A DNA stretch of 64,000 bases, taken from Trichoplax sp. H2 (lineage: Eukaryota). The stretch lies in contig NOWV01000028.1 of assembly GCA_003344405.1 (NCBI GenBank), positions 62,001 to 126,000 on the forward strand, in the 5' to 3' direction. Position 1 is the first letter of the stretch; each line of letters starts with the position of its first letter. The notes under the pieces were generated by a model that searched no databases, was not told the DNA's origin, and worked only from the letters and a program-made list of their open reading frames with translations. The translations under genes were made by a program, and so were the position numbers. Positions 12,301 to 27,300 of the stretch are shown piece by piece.

Positions 12301-14510
12301 TTATATATAATGACAGCACTTATTTTATAGTCAGGATACTTATTCGTAAGTTACTTTAATATCTTAGGGATAGAATGAACTTAAAAGTCCCTATCTATTT
12401 CTCGACTGGTTTAACAGAGAAGGTGTATATTTATTTATTAAATTATCAAATGGAAAGCAAAAAATTATGTAACCTGAATTCTGATGTGTTATAGGCAAAT
12501 CATTATTATAAATTATTCATTACTTGGACAAATCAGAAAATTCGACGAACATTCGTACAACATAATATGTTCGAATTTAAGCATATAAAGGTATTGTTGA
12601 TTATCCATCGAAAAGTTTATCAAATAATTGTCTTACATACTATTTTTGCGTCTTGTTGTTAGCCTTTCGATCGCGCCCTGATTGATAATCCTAATCCTAT
12701 GGTAGGCCGTTTAGACTGTTGATACTCTCAGAAATACTTGATAATATTAATCCTTAAGATTTTTTACAGGTTGTATTTGCTACGCCAGGCATGCTTCATG
12801 GCGGTCTCTCACTTCAAATATTTAAAAAATGGGCACCAGATGATAAAAATATGGTATTGTTGCTCTTCCTTGTTAAATTACGTCTATACTGTATATTGTA
12901 TCAATTATTAATTATCAGATAAATAGCAGTGTTAACCTTGTAAATCCTATAAAATTTTGCACGATTAGGTCATTTTACCAGGCTACTGCGTTGCTGGTAC
13001 AGTAGGAAATAAAATTTTATCTGGTCAAAGAACCGTAGAATTAGAGAATAAACAAATAGTGAGTATTATTGAGAAAATGATACTTCACTGGTCCTATGAA
13101 TACGGTCTGTGAATACGGAATTAACTATATTATTTTGTGCATTGTAATCTATAGATTGATGTGAAATTAGCCGTGGAGTATATGTCATTTAGGTAGATAA
13201 CATTTGTTTGCAATAAACTAATAATTGTTGAACTAATCTAAAATTTCGGATTAAATCACTTTGCAGTGCTCACGCTGATGCTAAAGGAATCATGCAATTA
13301 ATTAAACATGTAAGCAGATATATTAAACCGTCATCTTTTTCCACTGTAAATGACTTGAAACAACTAAGTATTAATTATAAAAAGTAAGCGATATGCTGCA
13401 GTTGATACAGTCTAAAGAACTGAATTATGTGTATTCTCGTCAATATTTAGGCCGAACCTGAAAATGTGATGCTTGTTCACGGAGAGGCGAGCAAAATGAA
13501 TTTTTTAATGCAAAAAATAGAACAAGAAATTGGTAAGTCATTAGGTCGTCAATGCAGTAAATTTCTTGGTGTTGAACTATAGCATTGGTTATATAAAGAA
13601 GTATCATTCTAAATCAAAGGTACCCCGTGCTATATGCCAAAAAATGGCGAAACTGTGAAAATCAGGGCTTCGCCCAAAATAGCTGTAGATATGTCGTTCG
13701 AGCTATATAAGCAAAACCAGCCACAGATTTCTTTGAAGTCTCATATCCATGAAAATAAGAAGCCTCGATTAGATGTAGATCCTCGCATAATTGAAGGAGT
13801 TATTATCATGGATGACAACGTAATTTTTTAGTTTCTCGTTCGTTTAACATGTGTGTTTACGTTGAATTCGCACTATTTGTATGACATTTGTTTAACTTGG
13901 AAATAAATTCAATTTTGGCAGTCAACAAGATTGGTCGACTCTAAGCAAGCTCTCCACGAACTTGGAATGAAAAGCCATAATTTAAATTTTTGCAGTACTA
14001 TAAGCGTACCGGATAAAGTAGTTCGCAATGAACTACTACGTGAACTGTACTTACATGTTAAGAGGTAACTTTACTTTTCACCAACTCACTTGTTCATTTA
14101 TGAGATAATTCATTATATCGAATGAATCGATTAATCTACTATGGCAATATTTTAGTGATTTCCCTAAAGAAGAAGTATCCCAGTCATCAGATGGCTCTAT
14201 TAAATTGCATTCTGTTGTTATTGAGGTAAAAATTTACAGTACAGGAATAGGTACTGAATAACCATAACAGTAAAATGGCAATGCTAATATCTCGCATCTT
14301 CTACTATTTCCTAACCTATTTTAGTATCAAGTAAATGATGATAGTGAGGCAGTTATTGCAATTTCGTGGGATTACAAGGTAAAATTTTGTTTATTTTACA
14401 AGTAAAAATGTCGAATCATGCTGAAGATTTAAGCATTTTACTTTTAGGATGAAAATTTTGGTTCTTCAGTTGTCTCTATAATCCAACAGAGGCTAACAGG
14501 AAAAGCATGA
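9344..14510 (+). CDS. INTS11: Integrator complex subunit 11 (CPSF3L; metallo-beta-lactamase/beta-CASP endonuclease), more than 20 short exons
   Basis: Spliced product [22 protein letters not shown]...[17 protein letters not shown]...[12 protein letters not shown]...[10 protein letters not shown]...[12 protein letters not shown]...[13 protein letters not shown]...[11 protein letters not shown]...[10 protein letters not shown]...[10 protein letters not shown]...VMLVHGE; stop TGA 14508-14510. Confidence 0.97.
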
Positions 14511-15009
14511 AGTAATACTATTACAGAATTGCGAAGAATTCTCTTCAGGGAAACGCTGTATTTATAATACGCTTTACAAAACTATACAGTATATTACTTT
14601 AATATCTGTAGTAGCCCAAATAATGTATATTAGATCCTCAGTCATTACTTATTATGTTGCAAGTGAGATGTTTACGGAGAAAATGAGTTGATATCTTTAA
14701 TTTGCAGCCAATGTGTACTCTTGTGGATACTGCATAAACTATAATAACTGTTGAAATGCGATGCATGACTAGTGACGAGAAAATACTTATAAAAAACCCT
14801 ATATCTACGGATAGCATACTGTATGGTATGTAAATCCGCTTGCTGGTTTACTACTTGTTATCTATTTCAATTTGAAAGATGCATAGATTTGATACAACGT
14901 CCTTTCGCATCAAATATAGAAAATATTCATGAAGGATAGATAGCACATTATACAAAACTACAGCTTCTCTCTTGACCAAAGTAGATCAAATATAAATTAA
15001 CGATTTTTT

Positions 15010-16968
<1,959 letters not shown>

Positions 16969-17095
16969 TTTAATTGCACTGTCAAAAATGAATAATAATG
17001 GAAATGATGAATTATGAACAACACCCTTGAACGAGACGTGCACATCCAATAAATCTTGTAATCTAATGATAGCATGGATACATTCTAGTCCTAAC

Positions 17096-17250
17096 CCAAC
17101 TTGGTTATGGCTGAAGTTGACTGAGCAAGATGAAGAGGAGCCTGTAGGAGGTGCAGGTGGCGATAGATTGAATTTTCTGCAGTCGTGGAGTCGAGCACGT
17201 CCTGGAATGGACTGCCAGAAGGAAGGAATTCTGAAGAATCCCGGGCTTCT
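17096..17250 (-). other. Probable non-coding 5'-UTR exon of SRM
   Basis: GC-richer segment ending in donor TTGG|GTTAGG at 17095; acceptor TTTTTGACAG at 16979, 10 nt before the ATG; lies directly below the pentamer array. Confidence 0.55.
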
Positions 17251-20200
17251 ATACAGTACAATATACTATAAACTGTACACTGTACACGGTACATAGTCCA
17301 GTACAGTACCACGGTGCTACAGTACGCCGTACTGTAAGGTACAGTATAAATTTGGTTAGTCGCATTAGCCATTCTACTGTACTGTACTGTACACTCTACC
17401 ATTCTACAGTACTGTACACTGTACAGTACAGTATTTCATTCTTTTTGGTACTGTACACTGTAGACTGAACAGTGAACACGTGTACTGTACAGTATAGTAC
17501 TGTATTGTACTGTATGGTATGCTGAATTAATTAATCTAATTAAATCTTTCTTTCGATTTGAAGATGGCAACGAATATATCGAAATTCTTGTCATGTGCTG
17601 GGACAATTCTTTGCATGTTGGTAGAAAGGACGCTAGTTGTACATGAGTTGAAACCGTATGTTTTCTTTTTCTCTATAGTTAAAGATAAAATAAGTACCGT
17701 AGAGTACACTGCACAGTGGACTGATTCAGCATGCACAAAGTCGCGAATTGTCCAGCTTACACACTTTCATTTCATGTCATACTAGACCTTTATATTTAGT
17801 GGGAGTCGTCATCGCATTTTTGGGAATACCATATTTAATGTGGGTAGCACTAATTAGGAACCCACACTATTCGTTTGTCCACACTAATTGCCGTAGGTAG
17901 TACTGTATAGTAGTCTATGGTAATGCACAATACACTCAGCCACTTGAGAATTGATTTTCCGTACACTTCGCTGAAACTGCTCTGCCGACACATTCTACGC
18001 TAGTGAATAGACAGTACAGTATATCCATGTTGATCCCTCTGATGTCCCTGTGTGATAATAGATTTTGAAAATATTGTAATTTAAGGCCACATTGCAACAC
18101 TATACTGTAGTGACTCATGGTTTCCTTCTGTACAAGCAGTACATGCCTTACTAAAGTTACCACAAATAGCTTAGGCAAATAGGAAAGTGCGGAGGAGAGA
18201 TTTAGACGACAATATTTTGCAAAGCACTACCATTAGAGTCAGATCAGCAAACACTGTACTATATACTATACTGTACAATGGACATATTGACTTAGGAACT
18301 TAGTAAAAGGATGTATTGACCATATGCTAAATACTCTCTCTCTCTACTCCCTGGTACGCCCGGTAGGGCACTAATGGAAAAGCATCCACGGTAAGATGTC
18401 AACGCACATTGTAGTCCATACTTTCACTAATCGACAGTAATGTAGTATTTAATGAGCAATAATTGGGGTTAAGTACCGGTCAGTTCCTAGTCACTTTCTA
18501 GGAAGGTATCGGTTAAAAATAAACTACTGACAGTAGTGTAGCGTAAAAAATCTCAGCTCGACTACGTCATAGGATAATTAATCTTAAAATAGACGTAACT
18601 AGACATAACCTTATAACAATATGCAAAACGATCTACTACCCGACCTAGCGGGTATGCTACATTAAATAGAGGAAATCACACAATATTTTTGCACAATTGG
18701 ATTTCGATAGATAAATCCTAAACTATTATGTGTTATTCGATGCTTATGCAACTTTACTTCCATATAGATTGTTTGATCCAGTAGATAAAGACTCGACGAG
18801 AAAGCANNNNNNNNNNNNNNNNNNNNAAGAATCCCGGGCTTCTATACAGTACAATATACTGTAAACTGTACACTGTACACGGTACATAGTCCAGTACAGT
18901 ACAGTACCACGGTACTACAGTACACTGTACTGTAAGGTACAGTATAAATTTGGTTAGTCGCATTAGCCATTCTACAGTACAGTACAGTACAGTACAGTAT
19001 TTCATTCTTTTTGGTACTGTACACTGTAGACTGAACAGTGAACACGTGTACTGTATACTGAGTGTACAGTACAGTATAGTATTGTACTGTACTGTATGGC
19101 ATGCTGAATTAATTAATCTAATTAAATCTTTCTTTCGATTTGAAGATGGCAACGAATATATCGAAATTCTTGTCATGTGCTTGGACAATTCTTTGCATGT
19201 TGGTAGAAAGGACGCTAGTTGTACATGAGTTGAAACCGTATGTTTTCTTTTTCTCTATAGTTAAAGATAAAATAAGTACTGTACAGTACACTGCACAGTG
19301 GACCGATCCAGCATGCACAAAGTCGCGAATTGTCCAGTTTACACACTTTCATTTCATGTCATACTAGACCTTTATATATAGTGGGGGTCGTCATCGCATT
19401 TTTGGGAATACTATATTGAATGTGGGTAGCACTAATTAGGAACCCACACTATTCGTTTGTCCACATTAATTGCCGTAGGTAGTGTAGTAGTCTATGGTAA
19501 TGCACAATACACTCAGCCACTTGAGAATTGATTTTCCGTACACTTAGCTGAAACTGCTCTGCCGATGCATTCTACGCTAGTGAATATACAGTACAGTATA
19601 TCCATGTTCATCCCTCTGATGTCCCTGTGTGGTAATAGATTTTGAAAATATTGTAATTTAAGGCCACATTGCAACACTATACTGTAGTGACTCATGATTT
19701 CCTTCTGTACAAGCCGTACATGCCTTACTAAAGTTACCACAAATAGCTTAGGCAAATAGGAAAGTGCGGAGGAGAGATTTAGACGACAATATTTTGCAAA
19801 GCACTACCATTAGAGTCAGATCAGCAAACACTGTACTATATACTATACTGTACAATGGACATATTGACTTAGGAACTTAGTAAAAGGATGTATTGACCAT
19901 ATGCTAAATACTCTCTCTCTCTACTCCCTGGTACGCCCGGTAGGGCACCAATGGAAAAGCATCCACGGTAAGATGTCAACGCACATGGGTGGCCACTGGC
20001 CAGCCTCCTTGCTATTGATCATAAACTATACTATAATTATATATAATCATACAGTACTTATTAACAAGTCAGTATATATATAGAGACAGTTACTATTCTC
20101 GGCGCTCAATCGGAACCGATATACACCGTAGCGATATGTAGCACTAGAGTAGCCTGGTTTTGTCTTACTTCCATCATGAACTTGTAGTCCATGCTTTCAC

Positions 20201-20579
20201 TAATCGACAGTAATGTACTATTTAATGAGCAATAATTGGGGTTAAGTACCGGCCAGTTCCTAGTCACTTTCTAGGAAGGTATCGGTTAAAAATAAACTAC
20301 TGACAGTAGTGTAGCGTAAAAAATCTCAGCTCGACTACGTCATAGGATAATTAATCTTAAAATAGACGTAACTAGACATAACCTTACAACAGTATGCAAA
20401 ACAATCTACTACCCGACCTAGCTGGTATGCTACATTAAATAGAGGAAATCACACAATATTTTTGCACAATTAGATTTCGATAGATAAATCCTAAACTATT
20501 ATGTGTTATTCGATGCTTATGCAACTATACTTCCATATAGATTGTTTGATCCAGTAGATAAAGACTCGACGAGAAAGCA
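17234..20579. repeat. Near-identical tandem copies 17234-18806 and 18827-20579 separated by an N gap; probably two haplotypes
   Basis: Both copies start aagaatcccgggcttc and end gactcgacgagaaagca; scattered substitutions, pentamer copy-number differences and a 196-bp indel; the junction is the gap. Confidence 0.85.
17251..17515. repeat. CAGTA/TACTG pentamer array upstream of SRM (second copy at 18843-19097)
   Basis: Dense tacagta/tactgta/tacactgta units including the palindrome TACAGTACTGTA. Confidence 0.9.
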
Positions 20580-21328
20580 TACGAAGTTGCAAAGTCTAGG
20601 ATAGAATCAAATTCAAGTGATCACATATCTATAGTACTACTGTTGTGGTTTATCTACACTGTAACGTATTTCATTTCCGTTATTTTACTATACGAAGATA
20701 TCTCGTAAATACCCTCATTTAAATACGTGCATTAAATTAACTCATTTGGTCATAATGAATCAATTCACTAATCAATAATAGCATTAAATGGACCACTGGT
20801 TGTGGCATCGTTGAAGTGTTGTTATTTTTAATTGTACATAGGTTCCGGTATAAATACAATGGTGTCGGAGCCCTCGCAAATTCCTCTGCTCGATTAATAT
20901 CACAATATAATCATTATAACAGAAAGAAGAAAAAAAGACAGAAATTATACGGCTATAATACAATATACCTTACTACCGATATAATATAAAAATGGCTTTA
21001 CCAAATGCGCTGTCATAGGATATGTTTCCACCTAAAGGTACTTCCAATACTGTACAATATGGAGCTAAATGCAGTAGAAATTTTTAAACGTTCAAAGAAA
21101 TAGAGTTGCGCACGTATATGTACATTGTACACTACACTAATTCGTACTGTTATATTCGTATACTCGTATCACCATTGGTATCTACATGATAAAAATGGCT
21201 CATCTAAAAATAATAACTCATCATTGTATATTATAAATTGCAATTTATCAATGGAATAACGGTTGCTTTAATGCCAAGTTGTCATCTTCTATGGTATACT
21301 TCTCATTTTGCCAATCTAGTCGAAAAAT

Positions 21329-24300
21329 TTACATATATTTAACTTTAACGCAAAATGTTTCTTCATTCTTATCATCTTCATCGTTAATAAAAATAAAGAT
21401 TTCCACAATATTTCGATCATCGCTAGGCAAGAATTTTAACCCAATCATGTGTGATCCGCCACCTTCAACCTGGTAAAATTAGATAAACTTGTTTTTTAAT
21501 CTAATTTAAGCAATACATTTAGCCGATATCATCGAATTTGGTAACTCTGTACTAATTCCTTATGGTATTATAATTAAGAAGTGATTACTATTACGACCAA
21601 CCTCAATGAGGCCTTCGCGAAATTGTAACAAATCTTCACGATTGCATTTTAAACGAAATCTCTTTCGCATCGGATAAGGATTTGTAAAAGATATTCTCTA
21701 TAAGTAATAAACATGTCCAAGGCAATTACAATAAGTCAATAGTGTCAGTGTCTTTCGGCTACATCCTCCTTCATAATTACGTAGCTCATCTATATAACGG
21801 GCTAGAAATAATTTATATTCAAATGCAATTCGAATGGGACCAACCTTATTGGAACTTTTACCAGCAACGATATTAATCTCAAACGCTTTAGAAATTATTG
21901 GCAATTTAACGGCTACGCAAACCAGCCAAGAGTGGACAAGTTGATGATACTCCGTATCTGTTATAGTGTTAAAATTGCAATAACGTTTAACACAACCTCA
22001 AGTTCAGAATTCTAATACTAATTTCCTAATTAGTACTATTTGGTAGGTCAAGATGCCTGTCTGTCTCCGTTATAAAGTAATCAACATTAAATTATAGTAG
22101 TGAAACTTACCAACGACGTTAATATACATAATTCTTTGACCGGATGATTTCGGTATTACTGTTACTATTAATTCGTGGACTGAATTGGCCATCAACATAA
22201 ATTCATTTGTTGGAGCGATCTAAAACGAAGACATAGATAATGTAGGTCATAACTGATTGGTTTTCTCCTATTAGAATATACTGTATTGTATGGTATGGAA
22301 TACAAATGATATAGGTTTCTATGGTTAACAATTATATCTTTAAATCAAATTAACTTTATCATTATCGATAAACCTTACCATTAATTCTGCCGGATGAGAA
22401 GAATAACATTGAATTAATCTTGACACCGGAGTCCCTCGTAATATCAACGACTGCTTTAATGTCTGCCCTTCTGTTGCACAAATATCGACCCTAAATGAAG
22501 AGGATAAAAAAGACAAAATTACCATTACTGATATTAGCTGCAACTGCTTAACTTAATAATGATTTCGATAGTTTCAAGAATAAACACCATCCTCATTATT
22601 CATGTGTTATTAAATTTTATAATTTCTATTCTTGCTACCTTTGCTGCGCGTGGATGAAGAATTGCCATGTCTGTATCGGTCTCGATAAATAATTATCCCT
22701 ATTATTTAAGAATCAAATTTCTTATTGCAAATAAATCGATTTTCGAAGTAATATACTATTATAAACTTCAAATAATCTGAATATTAATATCATATATGAA
22801 ATGAAATAGTAATTATTAATAAGATCATAAAATGCATGCTGTAATTTGTACGCATTTACTTCGTTTATATTACCAAACGTAGAACTAGGTTACTGGACTA
22901 AATTAATGAGCTTAGCATTGCTATAATCATAGCATGAACAATTAATATATAATGTTTGTCTATACCATGTACGCTACTCAATGTAGGCTATAACAATTGA
23001 TCAGGTTTACGAATATTATAAATATTGTTTACCACAATCGTATATTCGTATCATCTTCAGAAAGTACGTGCTTGTATATAGTTTTATTCACGTATATCAC
23101 TTAGTATGCACCACGTTATTAGACTAATACAATTGTAAACGTATCAATACTAAATTAATGAAACTCAATTCAAAGATTGTCAAGGGTATTTAGATCTATT
23201 ATTGGTGTATATAGTATGTGATTAGAACTATTGCAATTTATCCAATTTCTCAGTGATAATGGGTTAGTAAAATTTTACCATAGTATCATTCTGTTAGCCA
23301 TTATAAAAGTTTAGTGACTTACGAGAATAAAAGCAGATAGAATCGCTTAACACTTGGTGACTGACTGCATGCTACTTTAAGAAAAATGTCTTGTGGCTCT
23401 CCGGGAAACTACATATAATCACGACATACCCAAGATATTTCAAGTTGATAATCAGTAACATGGTACATCATGAGAAAAATGGAATGAGTCAGTAAAATTA
23501 CATATATGGCAAAGAGATACCGAACATCAAAAAAATAAAAAAAAAAGACTTACTGTAGGTTTACTGTCACAAACAACATTTGGATCGCTGCACTTGACAT
23601 ATAATTGCTTTTGATCATCGACATCAGTCATAAAAGAACCACCTGATAGCCATTGGAACAAGGTATCATTAAAAATAACATTCAGGCAGAGAAATATTTT
23701 AGAAGTTATCTATTTCTTTGCTAGGCTATTTCAGTTTGGTTGATCGTAGATTTGCTATGCCTTATTAATTATTTTAAGCAGATTTCTTAAATTTTTCTTA
23801 ACCTGTATTAGAACGCCATGGTGGTAAACGAATAGAACGTTTAAAGAAAGAATTTTCAGGATGATAAAATCGAAATGTTTGATCAATAATGTGCGGCTGA
23901 GGTTCCACATGTAAGGCTAAGATAGCTACCGGATTCTCGTTCGATTTCGTAACAAAGCTGACCTAGATGTCCAAAGATTAGTTTTATTGTAGACAATTTA
24001 TTCAAATAAGTCAATTAAAGCGTTTCTTAGCTAATTCATAGTTAATCGAGAAAATAGATTTTATTTTAATACCTTAATTGTACGTGGTTGTATGCACGTA
24101 ATTTTGCCTAATTGCTGTTTAAATTCTACCACCGACTGTGATGGTGGTTTGATCGATGCTACACTTTCCTACACATAGATTAAATTCAGTTAATGATAAA
24201 ATTAAATACGTAATGCATAATAAATTTAGCTCTATTATCGTAATAAGTTAAAATTTGTAGTTTTAATTGCTAAAATTTCCTCCGGAAATTACTCGGACCA

Positions 24301-27300
24301 ACTATACTAAGCTTAACCTGATCACGTGCTAAATGGTCAGCCCGAAAACTTTGAAACTTAAAAGGAATATTGACCACTTCTGATGGCTTCATAAATATTT
24401 CTGGATGTTGCCCTTGACTATCTTGATTGAACATGTTTTCTTCTAATGGTGTATGAACTTCATGGAGCTTCTTATAATGTCGCCATTCTCTCGAACTAGT
24501 TAAAATCCTACAGAGATCATTTAGTCATAGCGATCAAAATAACAATTTTAGCTCCATCAAACACATAAACATAGTACGAAGTTCAGCAACAGTATAAATT
24601 GCGCGAACAACTCATAGACTGAGTATTAGTACGTTCTATAATTAATAAAACTCCCTATCTACGTACCTTAAATCGGGATCATCACATTTAATAATAATAT
24701 TTTGTTCTTGATTGTATGGATTTTTAAATGAAAATTCGAAGAATTCTGCGCTACCAAAGGATGGATGAATAACATGGCGAGATGTGATAGCATCATATAA
24801 TATATTGGTGATGCCTTCATGTTTAGACATTTCCCTATTCAAATTTCCAAGATAGAATAGTAAAAGAGTATTAATTTGCGATTGTTAATCATAAAAATGG
24901 TACAATTTATTTATATCAGCCACTTTAGAATATAAATTTAAAGTAGAAGTTTCTAGTGAACCTAAATTTTTCAACAGTTCTCATATCACGTAATCGATTA
25001 ACTTTCTCTTCATTTTGCACCTAGTCGTGACAGTAATCAATTCAATTTTGATATTAGTCAGGTGAGACAATCAAAAATGTCCAAGATAACATTAATGAGT
25101 TACAGAATCTAGTTTGTTAACATACCAGACGAATATTTGTACTTTCACCCATGCTTGCCATATTTCTTCGAACTGCTTCCATTCTAGCCATTTTTCTAAT
25201 GAAAAATAAAGTATACAGATTTGAAAAAGAAATTTATACTCGTACTGTCGTACACGTACACATTTTAACGAAAAGGTCCAATATCGCAAATGTATTGAGA
25301 TATGTATAATACATTGCACTACTCAAATTTTTATTCAGAAATTGAGGTTGTTGCCAAAGATATCGAGAGGTATCAAAATGATGCATTTATATCTCAATGT
25401 TTAAAATGTTAGTGCAAGGGTGCAATACATATTTCTATTACTTCAAATATAGTATCTGTATATATTTGGCTAGGTCTCTCTCTTCATTATATAAGTATAA
25501 TATAAAGAGGCGCCTATAAACAAGCTTACATTCAATGCTGTATTTAACTAGTTTTGACTAATTCTATGACAACAATTACTATTAAGATATCGTTGGAGCA
25601 ATATTTTACTAATTTTTTTTTCTGCGAAAAAATAAACGTTGGTACCTTAATCGTGCTGCATCATTTTCTTTACCGGCTTCAGTTGGATCATGAAGAGTTT
25701 TGGCTTTCCGCGTTAGCAGAGCAGACGCAAGTTCAGTACTACTTTCCGACAGCAGCTTTGCAGTTTTAATTAAACGTTGCTTAGATCCTAGATCAACATA
25801 TACGAGTTTAAGCAACTTTAGAAACCGAACTAGATAACTCTGAAGATACGCTTTCGTTTAAATGGAATACATTTGCTTACCAGCCGTCTCATTTCTAATC
25901 TCTCCGCCTTTAGCAGTCACCGATGGAATAATTTTAGCTTTAGGAATGGGTTCCATGCCTAGATAATTATCGTTTTAAATAGAGAAATGCTTATAAATGT
26001 ATTTGAATAGCAAAATTTTTCCTTCAGAGAATTTGTATAGAGCAAAGAAATGGGCTGCTAAAGATTTCTGTAACGTCTTACGATTTTATGATAACGCGGG
26101 AATAGCACTTTAAATATTTATTTAATATATCAGCCATACGTAATCATTATAATTATTTACCTCTTTTAGCTTTGTTAACGTCACTAACATTGCCTATATT
26201 AGCTACTTTCATATGTAATTTGCCACGTAATCTTAACTTTGTCCCAACAGGTCTAATACTTCCTGTCCTACTCTGTTAATATTTAACGGCATCATAAGAA
26301 ATCTCGTTATATTGCTAATTTCATTGAATTACTATCATAATAGTTTTCATTTTAGCCAGGATTATCCTGGTATTCCTTGAAGAAATAAATACTGAAATAG
26401 TAATACCGATAACTGTTATCTTTATTCTACCGTCATTAACTGTCTCGATTTTGAGTTTTGTAGTTATGGATTTACTATACAGTAATAATTAATGATTACA
26501 GCCAACAACAATTTTGCTTTAATATAGTAGATAATTTTTAAACGTCAATTTGACAGTAGTACAAATAGACTTACTAAGTCTCCTGTTAAAATAGGAGCAT
26601 CGCGATCATACTCAGTGGAAATAATATCTAGTTCAACGGCCATTTGAACAGCTTCTCGACCCTGCCGAACTAGATTCTATGATAATAAAAAGGAATCATT
26701 ACGATTGAAAAGGTGCTATTTTCATTTAGCGCCCGTACTATCATCTCGCACCTTCAGACTTAATGATGTTGAACCAATTAATAGCAATGAATCAGCATCC
26801 CATATATCGATATGAAGTGTATGAGCTCGTAGATATTGTGTAAATGTGAGATATTCATCGGGTTGCATAAAGGCTGGATCGATATTGAATGATAGCTATA
26901 TATTTATTAAACAATAACGCACTTTTATTACGAGAATTAAAGACAAATAATAATCTTGATCTAATGCTTAAATTTTTGTTTGCTTGCTTTATGTACTGTT
27001 TACCTGGTAGCCAGGTGGTTCATCAGCAATACTTCCATCTTTATTTAGCCTTCGAAATATGCAAGGGACAGACAATGGATCTGTTATGCTACTACCTCTA
27101 CTTTCTTCTACTACTTTCAGCCTTGAAAGATGGCAATAAAATGCATAATCAGTAATACTAGCTAACAAATCTCATAACTAATCTATTTAAAAATCAGATA
27201 TCAGTCGTTCATGAAGTAGTACAATCCAAACAATATTTTAATCATAAGGATATTAATGTAATGATTACAAAAAAAATTTCGTTATATGACTTCTCCACGA

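Noticed and set aside
17027..17296. 89-aa + strand ORF (MNETCTSNK...)
   Set aside because: Antisense to the probable SRM leader exon and runs into the repeat array; no recognisable homology.
18482..18510. Resemblance to an FRT recombination site (agttccta...actttctag)
   Set aside because: Only a partial match; the paired 13-bp arms and 8-bp spacer are not present.
17091..19228. ORFs rich in Y/C/T/V/S/Q (17091-17402, 18754-19188, 18842-19102, 18950-19228; also 34776-35095 and 9130-9318)
   Set aside because: Translations of the CAGTA/TACTG arrays; low complexity, no protein family signal.
17234..20579. Apparent 1.6-1.75 kb tandem segmental duplication
   Set aside because: The copies meet at an N gap and the same pattern recurs at the other gaps, so uncollapsed haplotypes are more likely than a real duplication.
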